DNA from: Eledone cirrhosa
Taxonomy: Eukaryota
Reading direction: 5' to 3'
Assembly (NCBI GenBank): GCA_964016885.1
Contig: OZ024741.1
Coordinates: forward strand, 221,030,001 to 221,094,000
DNA: 64,000 bases
Shown piece by piece: positions 40,168 to 52,610 of this stretch; position 1 is the first letter of the stretch, and every line of letters starts with the position of its first letter. The position numbers and the translations under genes are program-made. The notes under the pieces are model-generated. The model searched no databases and was not told the DNA's origin. It saw only the letters and a list, made by a program, of their open reading frames with translations.

Positions 40168-42905
40168 ATGTTTCTTTTATTTGCCACCAGGGCATCAAAA
40201 GTGGGACAAGTACAAAGGGGGGAGTTTACAAAACAAGGCGTCCTCAATAAGGAGGAGGCAATAACAATATATAAAAATAAAATAAAATATAACAAAAAAT
40301 AAAATTTATAACAAAGTCCTCAATAGAGAGGAGGCGCCTTGGGGGGTCGCACACACCCCCGAAAAAAGTGTGCAACCCTTCTCCTCAGGAGCACAGAGAA
40401 GGGGTGCTCCCTTGGTCTTTCATCTTCCTCACCTATAGTCTGATGTAGAGTGAAGGCCCATTCACACGGGCCATTCTCGCTACTTTCACCCATCTTTCAT
40501 AGAAACGGCTGGGGTGCAGCACCTCTCTCTCCATCCTGATCCTTCTTCCGAAATGATATCGGAAGAAACGGACCAGTTGTTGGCCAGAGAGAAAGGTGTC
40601 TGACCTCAGTCCTTTCAGACGCGTCCACCATACAACCTCTTTCGCCATGGCTATTACGCACAGAAACACCGCCTCTCCTTCGTTTTTGAAGAGGGGATGC
40701 GGCTTGATCGTTACAATAGACTCGGTGGTCAACCGGATCGGTCCCACCCTTGACAGCAGTTGTTCGACATAGCCCCACAGATCGGCAATGCCCGAGCAGT
40801 GTACCAATGCGTGTGCAACGGTTTCCTCGTCGCACACGCATCTGGGACAGACCTTTTTCGATGGGTCCCTACCCGGGCGCCCGTGTCTGTAGAGCCTTTC
40901 TCGAACGGGCAGAGCCCTTCTGTAGCATTGCCAGGCCAGGGACCTCTGGAAGTTATCCATGGGTCCCGGGCTGAATGTCCTACCGAACAGGTTGGCCAGT
41001 TCGTCTTCCTCCATGCCTAGGGCTTCTCCGAGGGCGTCGTCGCACCTGCTAACCACCAGCCCTCTATAGAATGACGAGGTGGATTCTCCACTGACAGCCG
41101 GGTCCGCCTGCCAGAGAGCCGTGAGCGCCTGGGCACACTCGGTGTGCCAGGCGCCCAGTTTTCTCGGTCTTTGCTTGACCCAGGATTGCAGCTCGGTGAG
41201 TGAGACGAGTCTGGGAAAGGCTCACCTCACAAACGGGGCCCACACCGGTTGACCGGAGAGGAATACCTGAAGGTGCCGTAGCCTTAATGCGTGTTTACGT
41301 ATCATCAGCCACGGCATCCCCAGCCCTCCTTTCGAAGGGTGTTGACAGCAGATGGATCTCCTCACCATAGGAGCCCGCTTCTTCCAAAGGAATTGGAAGA
41401 GTGCGCGCTCCATTTTGGCGAGCGTTTCCCTTGGGCAAGGCACCACGGTCAGGCGGTAGTAGATGACGGACGCTATATAAGTGTTCGCCACCTCTGCCCG
41501 ACCTTTCAGGGACAGTTTGCACTCGGCCCACTTCTGGGTCAGTGCAAACACCCTGCTCGTCACCTCACCCCAGTTCTTCTCCACCTGGAGGTCTGGTCCG
41601 AACCAGACCCCGAGCAATTTCACCGGGCCCTCCGTCCAGCGCCCGACGACGCCATCGGAGGGCATCGATCTGCCCCTCCACGTGCCGAGTTGCAGACCGA
41701 TCGACTTGTCCCGGTTCAGCTTAGCCCCTGTAAACCTTTCGTACTCCTCCAGTAAGGTGCCGATCGCCCCGATTTCCGAGGCCGTCGACACCATTACTGT
41801 TACGTCATCGGCGTAGGCTGACACCGCTTTCCGCAATCCCGGTTCCAACGGGATGCCCTGCAACAACTCCAACTTCCGCAGCAGTGGCTCTAGAGTCACC
41901 ACATACAGAAGGGAGGAGAGAGGGCACCCCTGTCGGATGGACCGCGCGATTTCGAACGGCTCCGAGAGGTAGCCGTTCACCTTGACCCTAGAGCAGATGC
42001 GGCTGCTGTGCATGGCATTGATCCAGCCCCTGAAAACGGGTCCGAAGCCTTCCGCCGCTAGCACCGCATCCAGGTAACCATGGTCGACCCTATCGAATGC
42101 CTTAGATTGATCCAAGTTGATCAGGGCCCCACCAAAGCCGGGTTCGTTCCCAACCCTCTCTATGATGTATCGCATGAGGTGGAGGTTATCGTGGATGGAC
42201 CTGGACGGGATAGCACATGTCTGCGCATCTCCCACCAGGTTGCCCACAAGCGCCAACCTCTTTGCTAGCACCTTGGCCAAAATCTGTAACTCTGTATTTA
42301 GCAGAGTTATGGGCCTGAAATTATTTATATCGTTCCCCTTGTTCTCGTCCTTCCTCACTAGCGTGACTACGCCCTTGGTCACAGCACAGGGAATTCTCCC
42401 GTTCTGTTGCCAGTTGCAGTAGACCGCCTCGAGGAGTTCGGGGAACAAGTCCGGCATAGCTAGATATAGTTCGTATGGAAGACCATCGAGACCCGGGGAT
42501 TTGCGTTTGCCGCATTGGCTCAGCACGTCCTCTATCTCAGCGGCTGAAATCGGCTCCTCGCAGAACTTCGCCTCCCTGTCCGAGAGACGCGGCAGGCCGT
42601 CGAGGTATGGACCGAAGTCCACGTCCCCAACCGGCCCCCCGCCCCTTCCGAACAATTCGGCAAAGTGCTTTTGAAAAGCCTCGCACATCTGCTTAGGTTC
42701 AAGGATCACCCGTCCATCCTGGTCCCTCTTTTGGCTTCTGTCACGCGGGCCCAGTTAACAGCTTTGGTCCCCTCGTTTCCCAGAGCACGTATTTTGCTTC
42801 GGACGATGCAGCCTTCGTGTTTAGCGTCGAAGAACTGGCCCAGGGCCGTTCTCGACGCTAGCACTCTGGCCATGTCGCCGCTTCTAATTGCCTCTTCTAC
42901 ACTAT
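40168..42905 (-). mobile_element. Tx1-type (L1-group) LINE, 5'-truncated, in a (GA)n/(TC)n compound microsatellite
   Basis: ORF 41222-42709: KSPGLDGLPYE, NFRPITLLN, LDQSKAFDRVDH, IRQGCPLS, SAYADDVTV, KGGLGMP. ORF 40433-41056: CPRC...ETVAHALVHC. AATAAA at the 3' end; GC-rich. Confidence 0.92.
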
Positions 42906-42914
42906 CTCGCTCTC

Positions 42915-43029
42915 TCTCAGATAGATAGACAGACAGATAGGTAGACTCAGACAGACACGGGAGAGAGAGAGAGAGACAGACAGATGGGCAGACAGAGAGG
43001 GGGAGCAGAGAGAGAGCGAGAGGGGGGTC

Positions 43030-43061
<32 letters not shown>

Positions 43062-43091
43062 GCAGACAGATAGGTAGACTCAGACAGACAT

Positions 43092-43144
<53 letters not shown>

Positions 43145-43266
43145 GCAGACAGAGAGGGGGGAGCAGAGGGAGAGCGAGAGGGGGGTCAGAGAGACAGAGA
43201 GAGAGAGAGAGACAGACAGATGGGCAGACAGAGAGGGGGGAGCAGAGAGAGAGCGAGAGGGGTGTC

Positions 43267-43300
<34 letters not shown>

Positions 43301-43406
43301 GCAGACAGATAGGTAGACTCAGACAGACACGGGAGAGAGAGAGAGAGAGACAGATGGGCAGACAGAGAGGGGGGAGCAGAGAGAGAGCGAGAGGGGGGTC
43401 AGAGAG

Positions 43407-43443
<37 letters not shown>

Positions 43444-43715
43444 CAGACAGATAGGTAGACTCAGACAGACACGGGAGAGAGAGAGAGACAGACAGACAGA
43501 GAGGGGGGTAGAGAGAGAGCGAGAAAGGGGGTCACAGAGAGAGAGAGAGAGAGGGGGGGGCAGACAGATATATAGATAGATAGACAGATAAATATATGCA
43601 GAGTGAAAGAGAGATAGGCAGAGCGAGAGCGAGAGAGAGAGAGAGGGGGGGGACAAACAGACAGACAGACTGACACAAAGAGAGAGAGACAGACAGACAG
43701 ACAAACAGACAGAAA
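42915..43715. repeat. (GA)-rich compound repeat with ~120-130-bp higher-order unit
   Basis: CAGACAGATAGGTAGACTCAGACAGACAC recurs at ~42930, 43063, 43302 and 43444. Confidence 0.85.
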
Positions 43716-44077
43716 GAGGTTGAAGCCTGAAAATAATAACCATAAAAAACACGAATGGTGTTGATGTTGATGTTGGTGTTGTTATAGAAGACAATGAGTA
43801 GAAGGAGAGGTGACTGCAGGAATCAGGAGATGAGATTTAAGGTGTCATCTCAGATTGGTCTGGTTGAGACATTACAACAACTGATCGAATCAAATAGCTG
43901 TATTGATTTTCCTCAGAGATTACTTACTGTTAGTATAGCTAGTTGGGAACCAAGCTAACCATTTTGACCTGAGAAACATAATAAAGAGGCGAGCAATTGA
44001 TTGAATGTCTTAGTCCAGAAGAGAGAGCCTTTCAAATATACCAAATAACAGGTTTACAGTCAGGCCAGCGAGGGGAC

Positions 44078-47035
44078 TAGGTGTGCTTTTGTAGGGTTAC
44101 TTGGTGTGCTAGAAATAGAAGCCAGAGTCAAGCCAGCGAGGGGACTATGTCTGCTTTTATAGGGTTACTTCATGTGCTAGAAATAAAAGCCAGAGTCAAG
44201 CCAGCGAGGGAGCTAGGTCTGCTTTTATAGGGTTACTTGATGTGCTAGAAATAGAAGCCAGAGTCAGGCCAGCGAGGGAACTAGGTCTGCTTTTATAGTG
44301 TTACTTGATGTGCTAGAAATAGAAGCCAGAGTCAAGCCAGCGAGGGGACTAGGTCTGCTTTTATAGGGTTACTTGATGTGCTAGAAATAGAAGCCAGAGT
44401 CAAGTCAATGAGGCAACTAGGTCTGCTTTTATAGGGTTACTTGATGTGCTAGAAATAGAAGCCAGAGTCAGGCCAGCGAGGGGACTAGGTCTGCTTTTAT
44501 AGGGTTACTTGATGTGCTAGAAATAAAAGCCAGAGTCAAGCCAGCGAGGGGACTAGGTCTGCTTTTATAGGATTACTTGAAGTGCTAGAAATAGAAGCCA
44601 GAGTTAAGCCAGCGAGGGAGCTAGGTCTGCTATTATAGGGTTACTTGATGTGCTAGAAATAGAAGCCAGAGACAGGCCAGCGAGGGTACTAGGTCTGCTA
44701 TTATAGGGTTACTTGATGTGCTAGAAATAGAAGCCAGAGTCAAGCCAGCGAGGGAACAAGGTCTGCTTTTATACGGTTACTTGATGTGCTAGAAATAGAA
44801 GCCAGAGTCAAGCCAGCGAGGAAACTAGGTCTGCTTTTATAGGGTTACTTGATGTGCGAGCAATAGAAGCCAGAGTCAAGCCAGCGAGGGGACTAGGTCT
44901 GCTTTTATAGGGTTACTTGAAGTGCTAGAAATAGAAGCCAGAATCAGGCCAGCGAGGGAACTAGGTCTGCTTTTATATGGTTACTTGATCTGCTAGAAAT
45001 AAAAGCCAGAGACAAGCCAGCGAGGGAGCTAGGTCTGCTTTTATACGGTTACTTGATGTGCTAGAAATAGAAGCCAGAGTCAAGCCAGCGAAGGGACTAG
45101 GTCTGCTTTTATAGGGTTACTTGATGTGCTAGAAATAGAAGCCAGAGTCAGGCCAGCGAGGGAACTAGGTCTGCTTTTATATGGTTAATTGATCTGCTAG
45201 AAATAAAAGCCAGAGTCAAGCCAGCGAGGGAGCTAGGTCTGCTTTTATAGGGTTACTTGATGTTCTAGAAATAGAAGCCAGAGTCAGGCCAGCGAGGACG
45301 CTAGGTCTGCTTTTATACGGTTACTTGATGTGCTAGAAATAGAAGCCAGAGTCAAGCCAGCGAGGGGACTAGGTCTGCTTTTATAGGGTTACTTGATGTG
45401 CTAGAAATAGAAGCCAGAGTCAAGCCAGCGAGGGGACTAGGTCTGCTTTTATAGGGTTACTTGATGTGCTAGAAATAGAAGCCAGAGTCAGGCCAGCGAG
45501 GACGCTAGGTCTGCTTTTATACGGTTACTTGATGTGCTAGAAATAGAAGCCAGAGTCAAGCCAGCAAGGGAACTAGGTCTGCTTTTATACGGTTACTTGA
45601 TGTGCTAGAAATAGAAGCCAGAGTCAAGCCAGCGAGGGAACTAGGTCTACTTTTATAGGGTTACTTGATGTGCTAGAAATAGAAGCCAGAGTCAAGCCAG
45701 CGAGGGGACTAGGTCTGCTTTTATAGGGTTACTTGATGTGCTAGAAATAGAAGCCAGAGTCAGGCCAGCGAGGACGCTAGGTCTGCTTTTATACGGTTAC
45801 TTGATGTGCTAGAAATAGAAGCCAGAGTCAAGCCAGCGAGGGGACTAGGTCTGCTTTTATAGGGTTACTTGATGTGCTAGAAATAGAAGCCAGAGTCAAG
45901 CCAGCGAGGGAACTAGATCTGGTTTTATATGGTTACTTGATGTGCTAGAAATAGAAGCCAGAGTCAAGCCAGCGATGGAACTAGGTCTACTTTTATAGGG
46001 TTACTTGATGCTCTAGAAATAGAAGCCAGAGTCAGGCCAGCGAGGGAGCTAGGTCTGCTTTTATAGGGCTACTTGATGTGCTAGAAATAGAAGCCAGAGT
46101 CAAGCCAGCGAGGGAACTAGATCTGATTTTATAGGGTTACTTGATGTGCTAGAAATAGAAGCCAGAGTCAAGCCAGCGAGGGAACTAGGTCTACTTTTAT
46201 AGGGTTACTTGATGTGCTAGAAATAGAAGCCAGAGTCAAGCCAGCGAGGGGACTAGGTCTGCTTTTATAGGGTTACTTGATGTGCTAGAAATAGAAGCCA
46301 GAGTCAGGCCAGCGAGGACGCTAGGTCTGCTTTTATACGGTTACTTGATGTGCTAGAAATAGAAGCCAGAGTCAAGCCAGCGAGGGGACTAGGTCTGCTT
46401 TTATAGGGTTACTTGATGTGCTAGAAATAGAAGCCAGACTCAAACCAGCGAGGGAACTAGATCTGGTTTTATATGGTTACTTGATGTGCTAGAAATAGAA
46501 GCCACAGTCAAACCAGCGAGGGAACTAGGTCTACTTTTATAGGGTTACTTGATGTTCTAGAAATAGAAGCCAGAGTCAGGCCAGCGAGGGAGCTAGGTCT
46601 GCTTTTATAGGGCTACTTGATGTGCTAGAAATAGAAGCCAGAGTCAAGCCAACGAGGGGGGCAGGCCTGCCTCTGTAGAGCTTCTTGATGTATTAGAAAT
46701 AGCAGCCAGAGTCAAACCAATGAAGGAGCTAGACCTGCCTCTGTAGGGTTACTTGATATATTAAAAATAGCAGCCAGAAGCCAACGAGGGAACTAGGCCT
46801 GTTTCTATAGACGTACTTGAAGTGGTAAATAGCAGCCACAGTCAAACCAACGAGGGAACTAGGCCTGTAGTGTCACTTGATGTATTAGAAATGGAAGCCA
46901 TAGTCAAGCCAACGAGGAAACTATACCTGCCTCTATAGAGTTACTTGATGTGCTAGAAATAGAAGCCAGAAGCCAACGAGGGAAGGCTACCTGCCTCTAT
47001 AGACTTACTTAGTATGTTCGAAATAGAAGCCAAGT
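44078..47035. repeat. 68-bp tandem minisatellite, ~43 units, diverged at both ends
   Basis: GTCAAGCCAGCGAGGGGACTAGGTCTGCTTTTATAGGGTTACTTGATGTGCTAGAAATAGAAGCCAGA. Confidence 0.97.
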
Positions 47036-47134
47036 CTCCCACGGAGTACACTCAACATTGTTTTAAACGGTGTATTAGATAACGTGGTTCTTTATAAATG
47101 TGTCTGAAAAATAAAAGTCAGGATGGTCATGGCT

Positions 47135-47290
47135 GTGTTGTGTAAAACACTTCATTTCACGCTGCTTCAATATACTCAGCTGAAACTGAGTAGCAGCAGT
47201 AACTGGAGGTCTAACCCTGCGATGGACTAGCGTCCTGTCCAGGGGAGAATGGCGCAACAAAACCGGGATAAACACCGGCGTCCTGGATTG
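47135..47290 (+). mobile_element. SINE central-domain fragment (Meta-SINE-like)
   Basis: AAACACTTCATTTCACG..ACTCAGCTG..AACCCTGCGATGGACTAGCGTCCTGTCCAGGGG..AAACCGGGATAA. Confidence 0.55.
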
Positions 47291-47775
47291 AGAAAGAGTT
47301 TAAATGTTGCAATTTAAGAAAGACTTGGCTGCTAATTCTAGTAAGTCAAGTGGCCACGTTGAAGCTACCTTGTCGGCTTCTTAACATAAGGTATCGTTTT
47401 AAAATGTCCTTTAAATCAAGGAGTTTTTCTGAGCTATACCTTAGCTCAGTGTGTTGTGAGGTGACAAGGCTGGTGATAGTCCCAAGCTTGGTGTGGAATG
47501 CACGACACCATTTCAAACTGCTTATTGAATATTTTAGCAATCGATACGTAATATATTGATGTATGGTGTGAGCTACAAGTATATGCATGTAGGTGTAGTA
47601 TAGACAATGTACTTAGAACTAAACTAGCAATAAATTAACTAAGACAGAAGAAAAAAGGGTTAGAGTCTTCAAAATTGACCTCCCTGCCTTCCTCCCCAGT
47701 TTTGACATTGAGGTGACGCTTATATCAATGTATCGCTGTTAGGTCTGGTCTGTTTAAGCAAGGGATGTGATAATA

Positions 47776-47998
47776 GTTTCAGATTTAGGCACGAGGCCAA
47801 CAATTTTCGTGAGGATGAGGAATGTTGATTAAATCTAACCCATTGCATTACTGGTACATTATGTTATTGACCCCCGAAACGATGAAAGGCAAAGCTAACC
47901 TCGGCGGGAATTGAACTCAGAACGTAAAGAGCCGTAACTACATGCTTCAAAGCATAGTGTCGTGCCCGACGCTCTACCGATTACTGCTAATCCACAGC
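47776..47998 (-). mobile_element. tRNA-derived SINE (diverged)
   Basis: GATGAAAGGCAAAGCTAACCTCGGCGGGAATTGAACTCAGAAC. Confidence 0.85.
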
Positions 47999-48811
47999 CC
48001 TCAGGAATGGATATGATAAACTAATATGTAAATGTCTCCGATGTTTGTACGTTCTGTTAATGTTATTACGGAGACAATGTGTATAACATCTTCCATTATA
48101 TACAGCCGGGGATAAAATAAAGTACCAGTAATGCACTGGGTAATTGCTGGCCTTGTGCCTAAAGTAGAAACAATTATATACAGCCGGGGATTTAAACATC
48201 AAAAATAGATACAAAAGATTTTTTTTTTTTATCCACAGTTGTATAAATAACATAAATTTAAGAAGACTCAGGTATCTAAACTATAATAAAGTAAGAAGCG
48301 CGGGACAGTGTACGGTTTATAATTTGTTATCCCATTAGTAAAATAAGTTGGATTACTTTGAATAAATAATTAATGAATATTACATAATTTATCTACTAAA
48401 TTTCGTGGCTGTTCATTAAATATATTTTATTATTTATTTAACGATTCACTTCTTTAAAATGTTCAAATGTCAACACTTCCGGTGGCGATCGCTTAAATAA
48501 ACATACTGATTTTCCGTCACTAATTTTCTCCTAACGCAGTTTATATATAATATCGTCTTTTTTAATGTATCATGGATTACGTTACAGATTACATAAGACA
48601 GTGTAACGCAGTCTTCGTTCAATTTCTGTGTATATTGTCAATTATGATTTTATTTGATATATCATATCTACATGCATATATACTTGTGTATAATATCAAT
48701 ATACACACTACACATGCTAGCAGAAAACCATCCGAAGTGTTGTTTTTCTGCTAGTATATATAAATGCGTAAATATCATTATAAATTTAAGAAGACTCAAG
48801 TATATATATAA

Positions 48812-48942
48812 ATGTTTCTACTTTTGGCACTAGGCCAGCAATTACCCAGTGCATTACTGGTACTTTATTTTATCGACCCCGTAAAATAAAGTACCAGTAA
48901 TGCACTGGGTAATTGCTGGCCTTGTGCTAAAAGTAGAAACAA
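48812..48942. repeat. Palindrome made of two inverted SINE 3' halves
   Basis: TGTTTCTACTTTTGGCAC..TACTTTATTTTA-tcgaccccg-TAAAATAAAGTA..GTGCTAAAAGTAGAAACA. Confidence 0.85.
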
Positions 48943-49089
48943 TTATATTTGTAATGTTCTTCTGAACGAATTTCGGGCAATTTATTTACGCATTTATATA
49001 TATACCTGAGTTGATAAACACAAATATAAACGCATAAAAAGAAAGAGAAAAAAAAAGAAGGAAACCAAAGCGAAAACAAAAACGACCAT

Positions 49090-49228
49090 CAATTCACCAC
49101 CATGTACAACAATCGGTCGCACATCCCATCATAAGGGTTAACTAAACACTTTGGAGCAAGCCAATACGCTCGCAGCATTGCCACGAGTGGTGGCGAGGCT
49201 AAGGCGCTGAAACAACCAAACACCCTCA
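49090..49228 (-). mobile_element. CRE-clade LINE extreme 3' end
   Basis: Reverse complement reads EGVWLFQRLSLATTRGNAASVLACSKVFS*, matching the FQR(L/I)S.A..RGNA C-terminal motif. Confidence 0.7.
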
Positions 49229-49694
49229 TGACCATGCTTCCTTAAATCTTTTCCTTCTTTACATTTTATTTACATCAAACCAACGAGCAGCCTCTTGCAT
49301 CATCGCTAATTATGTCAGAAATAGCAGTTAAATCTCCCTGAAATGACATACACCGCCGTCTTAAAAACAAAAAAAGATACATTGTATATTGCAGCAATAG
49401 AGAGACTGTGTTTGAAAAGCAGTCGATATGGTCTCAGTCTTTGATCATAACTCTGTTAAATTAGAGCTGAACTAGGGTTAAACAAGAAAAAGGTAGCTCA
49501 TATAATTTTAATTGATTAATTAAATAACGGACTAATTAGTATAGAAGTGAAGTAGAAAACATTAAATATAAAATATAACATAGGTGTTAATATTCGATAT
49601 TAAGTTAGACTGTTGAGCTTGAAATATCTTCTCTACTAGAAAGAAAGACAAATCTGTTGTTACGTTCCTCTTGTTTTATCGTTGCTAAGAGTGG

Positions 49695-50550
49695 CCTCAA
49701 GGCGAAGAATTGGCAGATTCCTCAGAATATCGGATAGAATGCTTTATGGTATAGGTCCCAGCTTTCTGCTCTATGGGTTCAAATCCGACCGAGGTAATTT
49801 GAAGGGAGGGGGGAAGTCGCTTAAATCGAGGGGGTAAGTGCAGTAGCAGTAGAATTGGTAGAAAGTCGGACACCATGCTTTGTGGCATAGAGTTATGTTC
49901 CTTTACAAACTGTAAAGGGACGTAACTCTATGTCGCTAAGCATATTGTCCGACGCTCAACCGATACTGCCAAACCACCACTTATGTTTTCTGATTTAGCA
50001 CGAGATCAACAATTTTGGGGGAGGGGAAAGTCGATTAAATCGACCCCAGTGTGTTACTGGTATTTTATTTTATCGACCCCTGTAAGGATGAAAGGCAAAG
50101 CTAACCTCAGCGGGATTTGAACTCAGAACATAAAGGGCCATAACTCATTACTTTTGACACAAGGCCAGCAATTATCCAGTGCATTACTGGTACTTTATTT
50201 TATTGACCCCGTAAGGGTGAAAGACAAAGCTAACCTCGACAGGATTGAAACTCAGAACATAAAGGGCCATAACTCTACGCTGCAAAGCATGGTGTCTGAT
50301 GTTCAACCGATTCTGCCAATCTACCGCCCATGTTGTCCAAATAATGGTTCCTAATTTTGGCACCATAATAGTAGGAAAAGGAAAGTTAATTATACCCACC
50401 TCAGTACATCACTGGTACGATAAAATAATATCGACCTCCGAAAGATGAAAATCAAAGCCGATGTCGACGGTGTTTGATCTCAGAATATAAAAGTCTTGAA
50501 CAAATACTGCTAAGTATTTGTCCGAAGTTCTTACGACTCATCCAATCCAC
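49695..50550. mobile_element. Cluster of about 5-6 SINE pieces in both orientations
   Basis: Repeated GATGAAAGGCAAAG/GAACTCAGAACATAAAGGG motifs at ~50090, 50220 and 50445; plus-strand heads at ~49700 and 49850. Confidence 0.8.
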
Positions 50551-50644
50551 TATTGGTCTCTCGGAAGTCCACTTTATCTAGTAGGCCTTTGAGAAAAGAC
50601 GTTTCGGTTGCATATACATGTATATGTGTGTATATATTTATACA

Positions 50645-50758
50645 GGTAGCTCAGTGGTTTGAGTGTTGGTCTTGAAATCGTGAGGTTTTGTGTTCTATTA
50701 CCGGGCCAGGAGGTTTGTTGTGTCCTTGAGCAAGACACTTTCTTTCACGTTGCTCCAG
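50645..50758 (+). mobile_element. SINE head and central domain (second family)
   Basis: GGTAGCTCAGTGGTTTGAG..GTTCTATTACC..TGTGTCCTTGAGCAAGACACTTTCTTTCAC. Confidence 0.7.
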
Positions 50759-50759
50759 C

Positions 50760-51230
50760 GCGGCCTCCAAATCTCACAGTGGTCTCTGGCTCCATGCCTT
50801 GTCCTTCTGCACTTGGCACGCAGCTGGATAACGATAGCCTGCGCTTCAGCGTTTCCTTGAGGCTTAAACTCCGGATCTGCGAGCCACATAAATGTCGCTG
50901 TGGATCCACCGTGAACTCTTCCGGCCTCCACCCGCTTTCCTGTCATCACAGTGCCGGCCACCTTCCACGCCATGCTGCCCTCAACGAAGTCATAAAGTAT
51001 GGCTTGGACACTGCAGGCTTCCCCTCCCAGCTCGAGCCGGTGGGGCTGGACCGAGGGGACGGCAAAAGGCCAGATGGTATGACCATCTTCCCGTTCCGCG
51101 GTGGCAAACCCCTCGTCTGGGAGGCCACTTCCACCGACACTTTCTCCAGCCGCTACCTGGTGCAGTCTGCGACTAACCCAGGTACTGCTGCACGTCGGGC
51201 CGAGGAGGTCAAACTCTTCAAATTACCGTA
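50760..51230 (+). mobile_element. CRE-clade LINE fragment (Zn finger + restriction-like endonuclease)
   Basis: LGTQLDN..VSLRL..C.CG...GLHPLSC...PRHAALN...LEPVGLDRGDGKRPDGMTIFPFRGGKPLVW..T..DT. Confidence 0.88.
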
Positions 51231-51446
51231 AGGTAATTATTTCATTTACCAGTGGTTTCATGAAAGCAAACAAATTTTGCTTTCAATTATCAGAATGAAA
51301 AAATCCTGGTGTATTTATTGACATTGAATTTTAAAACAAAAATATAATCAGATTATATTTTTGTTTTTAAAATCCAATGTCAATAAATACACCAGGATTT
51401 TTTCATTCTGATGATTGAAAGTATTGGTAAATGAAATAATTACCTT
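51230..51446. mobile_element. Fold-back element (family E) with complementary defective hammerhead copies
   Basis: Palindrome centred on 51350. Left arm reverse complement (51240-51300): tttcatt-CTGATAA-t tgaaagcaaa atttg tttgctttca t-GAAA-cc act gg-TA-aatgaaa; right arm has CTGATGA but a deleted helix II. Confidence 0.75.
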
Positions 51447-51645
51447 ATGTTGTTTATTACATAACTATATATATTTATATATAAATATAAGTATGTATAC
51501 GTACATACATATATGTATACAGACGTACAGTAGTATGTATATACATACATACATGCACACATATATGTATGTACGTATGGGTTTACCGAACATTTATTAT
51601 AATGTTCAAACAAACCACCCGAATTAAGCCGTACATTATAATAAA

Positions 51646-51702
<57 letters not shown>

Positions 51703-51830
51703 GCATGTATGTATGTATATACATACTACTGTACGTCTGTATACATATAAGTATGTACGTATACATACTTATATTTAAGTATCAGCAGCCGTACTAAGAG
51801 TGAGAAATGAAATTTCATTTTTTCCATTTA

Positions 51831-51911
<81 letters not shown>

Positions 51912-52239
51912 ACATATCAAACTTTATCAGAAAATAATCTGTAGGGAATGTAACAGTACAGAGTTCCGTAAGACTACATTAAAATTTAACAACAAAAATT
52001 CAAGTACAGTCACCTGGCATAAATTAGTTATATTCCTTCGTAGCTATTCCTCTATAGCTATGAAATATGTTTCACCAAATATATAGTGCAGTTTAATAGT
52101 CAATCAAAGATCGTCAGCGAAAGAAATCAATTTATCTGAACTTATACGCATCAGATACAGAGAACGGGGGGAAGAAAATGGTTTTTGTAAACCTTTTCAC
52201 GTCACTGTGACAACGAGAGAGAGCGTTGTATATAAATTA

Positions 52240-52286
52240 CTTCTACAGGACTAGAACTGTTTCATTCCTATGAAATCATCAGAAAG
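52240..52286 (-). ncRNA. Type I hammerhead ribozyme motif (family A)
   Basis: Reverse complement: cttt-CTGATGA-t ttc atag gaa t-GAAA-cag ttctagtc ctg-TA-gaag. Confidence 0.75.
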
Positions 52287-52425
52287 ACATTGCTGATGAT
52301 TTCATATATGAAAGTCATTGCTATATATAATAAAGATGTCCGTACTCTACCAATATATTGAGTACCTTTTATAACTCTTCTGACCTCCAGACACAACTCG
52401 GGAAATTATATAACTATATAATACT

Positions 52426-52610
52426 TGTTTCTACTTTAGGCACAAGGCCAGCAATTACCCAGTGCATTACTGGTACTTTATTTTATCGACCCCGTAAGGA
52501 TGAAAGGCAAAGTCAACCTCGGCGGGATTTGAACTCAGATCGTAAAGGGACGTAACTATGCTTGAAAGCATGGCGTCCGACCCTCTACTGATACTGGCAA
52601 TGCACCGCCC
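52426..52610 (-). mobile_element. Full-length tRNA-derived SINE with 20-bp target-site duplication
   Basis: TTATATAACTATATAATACT at 52406-52425 and 52611-52630. Confidence 0.92.

Noticed and set aside
44078-47035. CRISPR-like array with variable region
   Set aside because: The variable patch is only 4-5 nt with a few recurring alleles; it is a plain tandem repeat
47346-47588. Possible host exon (80-aa minus ORF)
   Set aside because: No recognisable motif, and its 3' part overlaps a dispersed repeat
48470-48495. ETS-like ACTTCCGGT promoter motif
   Set aside because: A single short motif with no associated gene evidence
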